In this document: one piece after another, positions 30,288-39,513 of the stretch
How positions within the stretch are numbered: the stretch's first letter is position 1
Layout of the letters: every line of letters starts with the position of its first letter
Origin: an uncultured Candidatus Peribacteria bacterium
Lineage (GTDB): Bacteria > Patescibacteriota > Gracilibacteria > RBG-16-42-10
Length of the DNA: 64,000 bases
Direction: 5' to 3'
Assembly (NCBI GenBank): GCA_964514565.1
Contig: CAZERA010000002.1
Location: forward strand, 1-64,000
Translations under genes and position numbers: made by a program
Notes under the pieces: model-generated
Told to the model about the DNA's origin: nothing
Seen by the model: the letters and a program-made list of their open reading frames with translations, nothing else
Databases searched by the model: none

Positions 30288-30842
30288 ATGGAACATCTCA
30301 ATGTAGAAATCAAAGCATACTGTTCCGATCACACTAAAGTCAGAAAGATTTTGTTGGAAAAACAAGCCGAAAGCAAAGGAACTGACCATCAAACAGACAC
30401 TTATTTTCAGGTTCCAAATGGCCGGCTAAAACTACGTGAAGGCAAAATAGAAAATGCACTTATTCATTATGAACGCTCAAACCAAGCAGGCCCAAAAGAC
30501 TCACAAGTGACACTATTTCGAACTGAAGCTGGCAGCGCCCTAAAAGCAGTCTTATCTCAAGCACTAGAAATACTGGCAGTAGTCGACAAGACCCGCGAGA
30601 TTTATTTTATCGACAACGTAAAGTTTCATATCGATACGGTCCACGGCCTAGGCACATTTGTGGAAATAGAAGCGATTGACACTGATGCTAAACTAGGAAG
30701 AGAAAAACTAACTGAGCAATGCAATTTTTACCTCAATTTATTCGGAATCACTGAAAAAGACTTAATAGCCGAATCATACAGTGATATGGTGATGAAGACT
30801 CAAAGCAATCCTAATCCTTATACTTATCCTTCGATCGCGTAA
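30288..30842 (+). CDS. CYTH-domain protein (class IV adenylate cyclase family)
   Basis: NVEIKA, QTDTYF, GRLKLRE, VVDKTREIY, LGTFVEIE, SYSD. Confidence 0.9.
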   Translation: MEHLNVEIKAYCSDHTKVRKILLEKQAESKGTDHQTDTYFQVPNGRLKLREGKIENALIHYERSNQAGPKDSQVTLFRTEAGSALKAVLSQALEILAVVDKTREIYFIDNVKFHIDTVHGLGTFVEIEAIDTDAKLGREKLTEQCNFYLNLFGITEKDLIAESYSDMVMKTQSNPNPYTYPSIA

Positions 30843-30898
30843 AAATAAGCTGATGTTAAAAAAAACAGCCTAAACTAAAGAATTAGGATAAGGATAAG
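30808..30898. repeat. Hexamer inverted-repeat element (CTAATC/CTTATC)
   Basis: AATCCTAATCCTTATACTTATCC (30808-30829) facing TTAGGATAAGGATAAG (30883-30898). Confidence 0.55.
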
Positions 30899-30917
30899 AC
30901 AAGCGCTAGCGCGATCG

Positions 30918-30992
30918 TGGTGCACCCGAGAGGAATTGAACCTCTATCTAAGCCTTCGGAGGGCTCCATTTTATCCGTTAAACTACGGGTGC
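30918..30992 (-). tRNA. tRNA-Arg (CCG)
   Basis: Minus strand GCACCCG...CGGGTGC-ACCA, anticodon arm GAGCC-CTCCGAA-GGCTT, GGTTCAATTCC. Confidence 0.97.
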
Positions 30993-31067
30993 TAGCAGCT
31001 GCGATCATAAACCAATTCCTACAATTTTCAACCAATACCAAGAGCCAATAGATTATTTTTTCTCTGC

Positions 31068-32507
31068 ATGTTCAATTTTTTCACTCCTCACAAACGATTA
31101 GCGATAGTAGATTTGGAAACCACCGGTCTCAATTTTAACCGTGATCAAATTACTGAGGTCGGAGTGATTATTATCAATGATGGAGTAATAGAACAAAAAT
31201 TTCATTCACTAGTAAACCCTCAGTGCCCATTACCACCATTTATTAGCCAGCTGACAGGCATCACAGCTGCTGACCTCAAAAATGCTCCAGTATTTTCCCA
31301 AATCAGTGCTGAACTTTTCGAACTGCTCCAGGGCTCACTCTTCATCGCTCACAATGCTAAGTTTGATTACAGTTTCTTGCGCCAATCATTTGCTGAGGTA
31401 AACTTGAACTTTCAGCTTGATCAGCTTTGTACTGTGCAATTTGCTCGCGCTCTTTTCCCTCACTACCACAAACACTCATTAGAGAGTTGGATCCCAAGAC
31501 TGGGCATTGCTCCAGAGCGACGGCATAGAGCCATTGATGATGCTCAAGTAGTACTGGATCTACTGCAATACATTGAAACAAACGTACATCCAGAAACCTT
31601 GCAAAGTACCTGGGCTTCTTTTAGTAGAAAGGCAACCAATCCTCCCCTACTCAATCCCGACACCATGGCCACCCTGCCCGAGTCTCCAGGTGTTTATATC
31701 TTTGAAGATCAACAAGGAAATCCGTTATATATTGGCAAAAGCATCAATATCAAACATCGAGTTTCTAGTCATTTCTACCAAGTACAACGAGAACCAAAAG
31801 AGATGACCATTTTCAATCAAACTGCTGAAATCAAATTTCATGAAACGCATACCGAGCTAGGTGCTCTCTTACTAGAAAGCAGTTTAGTAAAACAAATGTA
31901 CCCCACCTACAATCGAATGCTGCGAAGAGTGAAACAATTTGTCACTGCTCGAGAGCATATTAATGCAGATGGCTATGCATCACTGACATTGGAAACACTC
32001 GACGAAGATAGTATCAATAATACTGATAATATCATTGGCCTTTACCGTAGCATTAGCCAAGCACAAGATCATATTCGGTCATTGTGTAAGAGCAATCATC
32101 TTTGTCTCAAAATATTAGGTTTAGAAAAAACCGGCAGATCATGTTTTGGTTATCACATAGGCCACTGTCCTGGTACTTGTTTATATGAAGAATCTACCGA
32201 AAGTCACAATGAGCGATTTCATTTGGCATTTAGCAGTCAAAAAGTAGCGCCATGGCCCTGGCCAAAAGAAACTGATGTTATTTTGGAAGCACAGAACCCA
32301 ATCAATGGCTTTCAAGAATATTTCTTAATCAGAAATTGGTGTCTAGTAGGACATGGTAAACGCACTGGAGACAGCATCAATCTCACCTCGATCCCCATGC
32401 ATTTTGATTATGATCAATACAAAATAATCAGCCAAGCAATCAATCAAGGCAAGGTTCTACTCTGGAGTACTGATGATATCCCCTATCAGCTGAATATTGC
32501 TAACTAA
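31068..32507 (+). CDS. DEDD 3'-5' exonuclease (Pol III epsilon-like) fused to UvrC-like GIY-YIG nuclease
   Basis: VDLETTG, AHNAKFDYSFL, HRAIDDA; LPESPGVYIF, LYIGKSINIKHRVSSHF, ALLLES..P.YN. Confidence 0.92.
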   Translation: MFNFFTPHKRLAIVDLETTGLNFNRDQITEVGVIIINDGVIEQKFHSLVNPQCPLPPFISQLTGITAADLKNAPVFSQISAELFELLQGSLFIAHNAKFDYSFLRQSFAEVNLNFQLDQLCTVQFARALFPHYHKHSLESWIPRLGIAPERRHRAIDDAQVVLDLLQYIETNVHPETLQSTWASFSRKATNPPLLNPDTMATLPESPGVYIFEDQQGNPLYIGKSINIKHRVSSHFYQVQREPKEMTIFNQTAEIKFHETHTELGALLLESSLVKQMYPTYNRMLRRVKQFVTAREHINADGYASLTLETLDEDSINNTDNIIGLYRSISQAQDHIRSLCKSNHLCLKILGLEKTGRSCFGYHIGHCPGTCLYEESTESHNERFHLAFSSQKVAPWPWPKETDVILEAQNPINGFQEYFLIRNWCLVGHGKRTGDSINLTSIPMHFDYDQYKIISQAINQGKVLLWSTDDIPYQLNIAN

Positions 32508-33529
32508 GACTCCTCATCCTCATCAGACATTGGAGCTGGCTCCAAAGACTGACCAGGAAACCAGTGATGTACAAGACTATTCCACCTACCGGCAACATCT
32601 CTCATATAATTTCGCGTGTCTGATGTTAGCATAGGATTATCATCAAATAGTCGATCAGTATTATATCGAATTTGGTGCATGATGGCTGTTTTATCAGCTT
32701 CTTCTAAATAACCCCAGATCTGAAACAATGTGTTGTTTACAGTTGTAGATCCGTTCTCCAATTCAGCAAAACCAAAACTAGGAACAAGCATTGCTATCCG
32801 CTCATGACCAGCCAGATCTACCGCTGGTGCGGAACGATATATGTTCATAGCCAAGCTGACATCACCTCTTGCCATTGCTTCAGCAAAAGCATCTGCTGGC
32901 GAGCGCAAAGCTTCGAGTTGAGTCGCCACTCGACTTTCTCTATTTGCTTCTGACTGGTTACCTGATGCAAGAGCTTGTTGCGCACGATCAGTATGAGCTG
33001 ATTTCTCATCAGCGATGGCATTCTGTGCCCCAGAGACACAGTGTTCAACCAACGATTCACTTACACCACGGCGAAGACACTCGCCTCGAATATATCCCCA
33101 AAAGTTTTGCCATTGGCCAAAATATTGTGGATATCCGCCGCTTGCAACAAGATCATCAAATATAGCTGACCCAGTATCAATTGCCCCACCTACTGGATCG
33201 ACCAGTTCAGCTTGAGCAGATTGCTCAGTATCGTTTGCATTTACAATGCTTAGATTAGTATCAAGTGGTAATGGACTATCTTCATAATTGGGCACAGGGC
33301 TAGCAACAGCACGGACATCAGACCTAGTGGAGTGTTCGGTAGTGGCATTATCTGCCGGAGATACAGAAATCCTAGGTAAATTAGCGTGATGATCGTCTTC
33401 ATTCATGTAACGAGCCAATATACCAGCAATGGCTAAACTAGCAGCAATTGTTACGTTACGAGAACGTTTCGGATTGCTTACTGGTACAGTTGAGTGCAAA
33501 CTTGGTTTATCAGGTGATCGATCAGACAT
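32504..33529 (-). CDS. Hypothetical protein with N-terminal membrane anchor
   Basis: 341-aa ORF, VTIAASLAIAGILA segment, no family recognised. Confidence 0.65.
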   Translation of the reverse strand: MSDRSPDKPSLHSTVPVSNPKRSRNVTIAASLAIAGILARYMNEDDHHANLPRISVSPADNATTEHSTRSDVRAVASPVPNYEDSPLPLDTNLSIVNANDTEQSAQAELVDPVGGAIDTGSAIFDDLVASGGYPQYFGQWQNFWGYIRGECLRRGVSESLVEHCVSGAQNAIADEKSAHTDRAQQALASGNQSEANRESRVATQLEALRSPADAFAEAMARGDVSLAMNIYRSAPAVDLAGHERIAMLVPSFGFAELENGSTTVNNTLFQIWGYLEEADKTAIMHQIRYNTDRLFDDNPMLTSDTRNYMRDVAGRWNSLVHHWFPGQSLEPAPMSDEDEES

Positions 33530-33550
33530 TTTGTTTTGAATTTAAAATTG

Positions 33551-34066
33551 CTATTTATTTTTAGTTGATCTTCCCATTTTTTTCGGTGCCCTGGCATCGA
33601 TAGATCGCTGCAGTGTATCAATGCTGATTTGTTTGAGTTCGCCAATTGACCAAACCCCTGCATTCATATTTCGCGATACCTCTAACTCAGTGCGATCTGC
33701 TCCATTTACAGTATATTCTAACTTCAGTTGCTTAACCCTTTCGTCAAGAACGCTATTGAGGTCTGTTAGTAATTGCATATCTCGCTGATCATAAGCAATC
33801 TCTCTGATTGTTTTATAAACAACAGTTGCTACTTCCAATGCATGATTCCAAGCTTTGATGTTATTGATCTTTTGCCCCTGCGCAACACGATGGGCATTGG
33901 CCAATAAATCAGCAATAGCATTGCGATTCTCTCGAGGCATATTGGCTAGCCTCGTACAAATATCTTCTACTTCACGAAACTTCTCACTGATCAAATCAAT
34001 GCCTGGTTTTTCAGGTAATTGTTTTGCTGCCCGCAAACTCAAATCAAAATAATTTCCGTCGACCAT
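33551..34066 (-). CDS. Hypothetical helical protein
   Basis: 171-aa ORF, co-oriented and 21 bp from the next gene. Confidence 0.6.
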   Translation of the reverse strand: MVDGNYFDLSLRAAKQLPEKPGIDLISEKFREVEDICTRLANMPRENRNAIADLLANAHRVAQGQKINNIKAWNHALEVATVVYKTIREIAYDQRDMQLLTDLNSVLDERVKQLKLEYTVNGADRTELEVSRNMNAGVWSIGELKQISIDTLQRSIDARAPKKMGRSTKNK

Positions 34067-34164
34067 TAAGATATATGAATCTTATCATTATCCTACAAAC
34101 CAAAGATAAAACCAAGACATAGCCCCGCTAATCCTAATACTAATCCTTCGGGCACCTCACTATT

Positions 34165-34340
34165 CCTCAGGCCGCGGTGGCTGAAGTGAACGGGATGGTC
34201 AGGCCCAAACAACAACTCGACTCCTGGGTACGGAGCGGGTGATTTTTAAATCACGACGAACACTAATCACCTTTCAAACTACAAAACCATCCCAGCATTC
34301 ACCTGATGATCTTCACGCTTTGATGGATCTTTTGATCTAT
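34165..34340. ncRNA. Candidate structured RNA or 5' leader (unassigned)
   Basis: Long-range stem GTGAA-C-GGGATGGT (34186-34199) / ACCATCCC-AGCA-TTCAC (34286-34302) enclosing smaller hairpins; GC-richer than surrounding intergenic DNA. Confidence 0.35.
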
Positions 34341-34642
34341 ATGGGCTACTTCGATTTTCTCAAAAGGCAATAATTATAGTCTATTTTCCGTATCCCAGTG
34401 CCAGCATAAAAAGTCCCGTCCCAATGTAAATCGCTATAATTAGCAAAATAGCAATTATATTTGTTTTTGCTTTAGACCAAGGTTTTGAAGCCATACTTTT
34501 AAAGTTTACATTAATAATCTTATACATTATATAAAATAATAAAGCATGTTTGTGCTAGCCTACCACCAATAAAGAGGTTAGAACCTCCAAATCTCTACCC
34601 AAAGGCAAAAAAGCTATCATCAAATCAAACTACTGATGATTA

Positions 34643-34728
34643 TGGTGCCGAAGAGAGGACTTGAACCTCCATCCCCTTGCGAGGACTACGACCTGAACGT
34701 AGCGCGTCTGCCATTTCGCCACTTCGGC
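34643..34728 (-). tRNA. tRNA-Leu (CAG)
   Basis: Minus strand GCCGAAG...CTTCGGC-ACCA, anticodon arm CTACG-TTCAGGT-CGTAG, long variable arm. Confidence 0.97.
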
Positions 34729-34754
34729 TCACCTGCGCGCGCATCATAGGGTAT

Positions 34755-34839
34755 TTAATTAACAATTAGCAAGTAACAATTAACAGTTTGGAGGAAGTCC
34801 CTCTTTCATTGTTAATTGTAAATTACAACTTGTTAATTA
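34755..34839. repeat. Heptamer inverted-repeat element, family B (TTAACAA/TTGTTAA)
   Basis: TTAATTAACAATTAGCAAGTAACAATTAACAG facing TTGTTAATTGTAAATTACAACTTGTTAATT. Confidence 0.8.
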
Positions 34840-34879
34840 TCCGCTTCGTGCATACAGTGTGCTCTAAGCAATTTATTCT

Positions 34880-35635
34880 ATGCTGTATCTCAATTTTGAA
34901 CGATTAGGGCTAAGTGAAAGTGAAGGAAAAGTATATGTCGCTTTGCTTGAACTAGGTGGTGGATTTGTGAGTAGTATCGCCAAAAGAGCTAAGCTTCCTC
35001 GCGTCAATTGTTATCACACGCTTGAAAAGTTAACTGAAAAAGGGCTTGTGAGTTGCATCACAAAAGAAAATGTCCGCTACTATTCAGCTGAAACCCCGAC
35101 CCGAATCATCTCCACACTAGAAGAACGAGTAAAGTACGCTAAACATGTTTTACCTGATTTAGTTTCCATCACCAATGCCCAAGCACTCAAACCACAAATC
35201 AAATACTTTGAAGGAATTGCCGGTCTCCATACTATTTTGGATGACACCCTATCAGCTAAAGAATTGTTAGGTTACTCCAATCTACAAGGTGCCAGTGATC
35301 TATTGGGCGAATATCTGCAAACATATGCCCAACGCAAAATTGAGAAAAATATCAAAACACGGCTAATTTGTCCTTCTAGCCAAAAAGCATTTAGTTATAT
35401 TGAAACCTACTATCCACCAAACTATCCACCTGAATTAGTAGAAATACTTTTTATCAATCCGCAGGAGTTTTGGTTTGAACACGAGATTGTGATCTACAAC
35501 AATAAAGTAGCCGTGATCTCACTCGATCCCGAAGAACTGATCGGCATGATCTTCGAAAGTCCGGTCTATGCCAAATCACAACGAGCAATCTTTAATTTAG
35601 CTTGGCTGGGAGCTAGTAGCTTCATAGCTCTATAG
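34880..35635 (+). CDS. TrmB-family transcriptional regulator
   Basis: LGLSESEGKVYVALLELG, IAKRAKLPRVNCYHTLEKLTEKGLV HTH; PQIKYFEG; IVIYNNKVA. Confidence 0.9.
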   Translation: MLYLNFERLGLSESEGKVYVALLELGGGFVSSIAKRAKLPRVNCYHTLEKLTEKGLVSCITKENVRYYSAETPTRIISTLEERVKYAKHVLPDLVSITNAQALKPQIKYFEGIAGLHTILDDTLSAKELLGYSNLQGASDLLGEYLQTYAQRKIEKNIKTRLICPSSQKAFSYIETYYPPNYPPELVEILFINPQEFWFEHEIVIYNNKVAVISLDPEELIGMIFESPVYAKSQRAIFNLAWLGASSFIAL

Positions 35636-35654
35636 AAAGCAGCTCCCTAGACAC

Positions 35655-35682
35655 TAGACAAATATAGTATATGTTGTATAAT
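35655..35682 (+). promoter_or_regulatory. sigma70-type promoter for a small RNA
   Basis: TAGACA, 16-nt spacer, TATAAT. Confidence 0.55.
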
Positions 35683-35687
35683 TATCA

Positions 35688-35751
35688 GCGAGGTGTAGTT
35701 CCTGGCTTAGCATATTGGGGGATATTCTAAGCATTCTACACCTCTTTTTTT
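35688..35751 (+). ncRNA. Candidate ~64-nt hairpin small RNA
   Basis: Stems GAGGTGTAG/CTACACCTC, GCTTAG/CTAAGC, ATAT/ATAT, G-rich loop, T7 tail, own promoter. Confidence 0.45.
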
Positions 35752-35807
35752 GTCTCTGGCCCAATAAAAAAGCCATGCTATAGTACGGATAGCATAATCT
35801 TTTTGGT

Positions 35808-36083
35808 ATGGAAAATGAGCTAAATATACTAGTAATAGAGCAGCAAAAGACCAATCAGCTGCTCAGCCAACTCCTAGCCGACAATCAAAAAAAGGCCCGA
35901 GGAGAAAGACGCCACTTTTGGATTGGCTTAATTTGGCATAGTATTCCTTTACTCCTCACTTTGTTCTTCATCTGGCAAATGTATACTTTCGTAAATCACC
36001 AAGTGACCGACCTCCAAACAAAAGTAAACAACACCTTTGATACAACCCAGATCAAAGATAAGATCACAAACCTCTTTAAATAG
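35808..36083 (+). CDS. Small single-TM hypothetical protein
   Basis: 91 aa, one TM (FWIGLIWHSIPLLLTLFFIW), TGCTATAGT extended -10 upstream. Confidence 0.65.
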   Translation: MENELNILVIEQQKTNQLLSQLLADNQKKARGERRHFWIGLIWHSIPLLLTLFFIWQMYTFVNHQVTDLQTKVNNTFDTTQIKDKITNLFK

Positions 36084-36208
36084 ATAAAAGATAAAATGTT
36101 AGAAGTAAAAATTGTATAGACTTTATCTCCGCACTTGCGGACATGAATAAGAGAAGCCCACACCCAGTCAATACATTTCTTACCTCGTACATTTTACTTC
36201 TTACTTCC
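36084..36208. repeat. Heptamer inverted-repeat element, family A
   Basis: Left arm starts right after the TAG of the upstream gene (ATAAAAG ATAAAAT GTTAGAA GTAAAAA); right arm 36175-36208; interior TCCGCACTTGCGGA. Confidence 0.8.
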
Positions 36209-36223
36209 TAAGCAATAAAAACC

Positions 36224-37528
36224 ATGCCTGATACTATCAATACCAAACTATCTGTCATCTTCCAAAACCTAGCCTATGCCCTAGCAATCGACAATGAGAA
36301 ATCAAATCATTTCCGCATTGTGGCTTATGAAAACGGCGCTCGTGTATTACGCAATCTGACAGAGCCAGTGACCAACATGATTACAGAGGATACGCTGCCC
36401 AAGATTCCTGGCATTGGTAAGGCAATGGCTGAAAAGATTATTTCTTATATCTCTACAGGACATATCGCTACCTACGATGAAATTCTAAAAACATATCCTG
36501 AGACATTCTTTGATATTTTGCGCATTCCTCATGTTGGTCCCAAGACTGCCAAGCTCTTATTTGAGGAATATAAGGTGCACTCTTTGCCTGACTTAGAAAA
36601 AATTCTCAGCACTGAAGTATTAGCCAATCATGAAGGTTTTGGCGAAAAGAGTTTAGCTAATCTTCGTGAAGCGATGAGCAGGATTAAAAAGAATACTAGC
36701 CGCAGTCCTATTACTGCAATCCTGCCAATCGTACATGAAATCTTACAGTATTTACGCAGTAGCCCCTATTGTCTTGAAGCATGCGTAGGTGGATCAGTGA
36801 GACGCTATGAAGAAACCATCGGTGATGTCGACATCCTGACAACCTCAGCCAATCCACAAGAATTGATCGAATACTTTGTCCAATACCCCAAACAAAAACT
36901 GGTACAAGCTCAAGGACCGACCAAAGCTTCTATTTTAGTGGAAAACAATTTTCAAGTAGATTTACGAGTAGTGCCAGAAGAAAGTTTCGGTGCTGCTTTG
37001 CAATATTTTACTGGATCCAAAGAACACAATGTAATGCTTAGAAATATTGCTAAAGAAAAAGGCTATAAGCTCAATGAATATGGTGTATTTGAAGGAGAAA
37101 AGAACATCGCTAGTCGGACAGAAGAGGATATTTATCAATCAATTGGATTAAACTACATCCCTCCCGAACTACGCCGCAACGATGGTGAAATTGATGAATC
37201 CGCTAAAAATGACTTTTCGTACTTAGTAACCAAACAAGATGTACTTGCCGCTCCCGCTACAATCGCTTCCGATCTAATTCCAATTGCACTTTGGGATAAC
37301 TATCCCCTCTTGGTTCAGCGTATGCATCAAGCAAAAGAGAGCAAAGTACCACTTGAAATTGTAGTGACTGAATCAGTCCCTCCAGTCCAAATGTGGACAT
37401 TATTTGCTCGCGAACAGATTCCATTCATCATCGATAGCACCCAGCTCAAACATGAGTGGCAAAAAGATTTGTTGGTTGGCACTATGAGACGCAGCCGTAT
37501 TCGTGGTGACCAAATTGTAAAAGCATGA
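36224..37528 (+). CDS. polX: DNA polymerase X family protein with vestigial PHP domain
   Basis: FRIVAY, IPGIGK, VGPKTA, GSVRRYEETIGDVDIL, QVDLRVV, YFTGSKEHN, YIPPELR. Confidence 0.9.
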   Translation: MPDTINTKLSVIFQNLAYALAIDNEKSNHFRIVAYENGARVLRNLTEPVTNMITEDTLPKIPGIGKAMAEKIISYISTGHIATYDEILKTYPETFFDILRIPHVGPKTAKLLFEEYKVHSLPDLEKILSTEVLANHEGFGEKSLANLREAMSRIKKNTSRSPITAILPIVHEILQYLRSSPYCLEACVGGSVRRYEETIGDVDILTTSANPQELIEYFVQYPKQKLVQAQGPTKASILVENNFQVDLRVVPEESFGAALQYFTGSKEHNVMLRNIAKEKGYKLNEYGVFEGEKNIASRTEEDIYQSIGLNYIPPELRRNDGEIDESAKNDFSYLVTKQDVLAAPATIASDLIPIALWDNYPLLVQRMHQAKESKVPLEIVVTESVPPVQMWTLFAREQIPFIIDSTQLKHEWQKDLLVGTMRRSRIRGDQIVKA

Positions 37529-37575
37529 CGCTATAAAAAGGCCATGTTATAGTGACCGCAATCGTAAACACGCGC

Positions 37576-38091
37576 ATGATTCAGATCTATACAGGCAAAG
37601 GAAAAGGGAAAACTACCGCAGGACTAGGGCTGGCAATTAGAGCCTTTGGCCAAAATATGAAAGTAGCGATTATTTACTTTGACAAAGGCGGCCAAGATTA
37701 TGGTGAAAGAAACACCTTAAAAAAGCTCGAGCTGCCATTTTTTGTGACCGGTCTCAACCGTCGCAATGATGATGGCACCTTTCGCTTTACCATTACTGAC
37801 GAGGACAAGATTGAAGCCAAACGTGGCTTACAATTGGTTTATGATCTTTACCAACAAAACTACGATTTGATTGTTTTAGATGAAATCAATTCGACGGTTG
37901 CTCTCGATATGCTTAACACTGAAGAGGTTTGTGCTATGATGCAGGCCAAACCTGAGCAGTTGGAATTGGTCATGACTGGCCGCAATGTCCCCCAACTAAT
38001 GCTCGACTTGGCAGACCTGGTCACCGAGATGACCCCGATCAAACATTATTTCAGTAAAGGCGTACCTGCCCGCCGAGGTATCGAATTCTAA
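37576..38091 (+). CDS. cobO: Cob(I)yrinic acid a,c-diamide adenosyltransferase (CobO/BtuR family)
   Basis: IQIYTGKGKGKTTAGLGLAIRA, DLIVLDEIN, LVMTGR, ADLVTEM..IKHYF..G..ARRGIEF. Confidence 0.92.
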   Translation: MIQIYTGKGKGKTTAGLGLAIRAFGQNMKVAIIYFDKGGQDYGERNTLKKLELPFFVTGLNRRNDDGTFRFTITDEDKIEAKRGLQLVYDLYQQNYDLIVLDEINSTVALDMLNTEEVCAMMQAKPEQLELVMTGRNVPQLMLDLADLVTEMTPIKHYFSKGVPARRGIEF

Positions 38092-38093
38092 AA

Positions 38094-39497
38094 ATGTCCC
38101 GACAAATTTCTCCTGAAGATCAAGACGACTCCCTAGAAAAGCTGTTGAAACAGCAAAGGGAAAATTTTGTCTCTTTTTATCTAAAGAATGACAGCCTCTT
38201 TACTGTGCGCGAAAAGGCAGAAGCTTTTAAGTACTTTGATGCTATTGGTGAAGAAATCAGTGACCAAGAACTCTATGAGCGACGTCAAGCCTGTCTCAAC
38301 AATCTCAACTCTGCCGAGAATTATGCTGAACGAATTAAAAATCGCGAACAAAACTTACGCAGAGAAGTTCAGTCAAGATTAGGAGCTTTACCAATCGCCT
38401 TTGATACCAAAAAAAGACTATTAGATGAATTTTTTACTAGTGACCTACAGGGTAAAGAAAAAGTATTGAAAGCAGTTGAACGTGAAGAAACACGAGTAGC
38501 AGAAAAAAGAAGATTGCAAAATAGCAGTATAGAAAGTAAAAAATCTGAATATCGTAACAAGCTAGAAGGTAGTGAATTTCAAATCTATTTCTCTAATGAA
38601 GATCGCGAATTTGCCTGGAATTCGTTGCTAACAATCTTGGCAACGCTCAGAACGAATGCTTCCAGGATCAGCCGGATTCAAATCTTTATTGAGATGTTAC
38701 CTGGCAGCTTAGCTCACGCCAAAGCCCAAGATGCGCTTTATCAAACCCATCTCCAACAAAAAATTCTTGATCCCAAAAAACGGACTAGAATGTTGGCTCA
38801 GTTCAGAGAACAAAGCTGTCTGGTCAAAACTGCTTTGATTGAAGAAATAGAAAACCTGGCTAAAGAGAAAGAAGCACAAGAAGACGAGCCACCACAACCA
38901 ACAGCAGAGAAGGATGCCAATAAAGCGAGCGAACAGACTGAGAAGAAAGCAGCTCTTTGCCATGAGTACCAGACATACTACCAGCTCTTCCCTCATGAGG
39001 AATCACCAGAAAGATTCAGTAAACTAAACCTCGATGATCAGATTGAAATGCTCAACTATCGCCGGGAGCAACATTTAGAGGAGCTCAGTTTACTCAGCAT
39101 CTACCTCTCATTGGATACCAAAGAAGATGGAAACCAAAGCATCAGACTACGAGATTTCAAAAAACTGACCTTAGAACAAAAAAAACGTCATGTAGATCAG
39201 TTCTTGAAGACTATTCCTGATGATCTCGATGCTAGTAATGTGCGAGGCCGTGAACTACTCAAAATCGTGATCGAGATCCTCAGAAACAAGACACACATAG
39301 TCTTTGCTAGTGATCAAGAACGGATCAAATTGATCAATGAAAGGATCAAAGAGAAGCAGCTTTCTATTCATTTTGGTCCTCACCATTTTCTCAGTATCAA
39401 AACAATCTTAGCTGATTTTGCCGAAGAACGCTGGGATCAGCCTCAAACTCTAGGACTAGCTGAGCAACGCTTGCGTGAACGAGAATATGTAGGTTAA
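38094..39497 (+). CDS. Hypothetical helical/coiled-coil protein with internal repeats
   Basis: 467 aa, highly charged, recurring F-x-x-(L)-x-L-x-x-K motif. Confidence 0.7.
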   Translation: MSRQISPEDQDDSLEKLLKQQRENFVSFYLKNDSLFTVREKAEAFKYFDAIGEEISDQELYERRQACLNNLNSAENYAERIKNREQNLRREVQSRLGALPIAFDTKKRLLDEFFTSDLQGKEKVLKAVEREETRVAEKRRLQNSSIESKKSEYRNKLEGSEFQIYFSNEDREFAWNSLLTILATLRTNASRISRIQIFIEMLPGSLAHAKAQDALYQTHLQQKILDPKKRTRMLAQFREQSCLVKTALIEEIENLAKEKEAQEDEPPQPTAEKDANKASEQTEKKAALCHEYQTYYQLFPHEESPERFSKLNLDDQIEMLNYRREQHLEELSLLSIYLSLDTKEDGNQSIRLRDFKKLTLEQKKRHVDQFLKTIPDDLDASNVRGRELLKIVIEILRNKTHIVFASDQERIKLINERIKEKQLSIHFGPHHFLSIKTILADFAEERWDQPQTLGLAEQRLREREYVG

Positions 39498-39513
39498 ATA
39501 GCCAGGTATTATT

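Noticed and set aside
34303..34340. Hammerhead ribozyme (CTGATGA at 34303-34309)
   Set aside because: No stem II followed by GAAA, so the catalytic core is incomplete.
34571..34589. att-like duplicate of the tRNA-Leu T-arm (AAAGAGGTTAGAACCTCCA)
   Set aside because: Short, imperfect match only ~60 bp from the tRNA; no integrase nearby.
34791..34803. RNase P RNA (GAGGAAGTCC)
   Set aside because: Only a 10-nt resemblance inside the spacer of a repeat element; no room and no other conserved regions.
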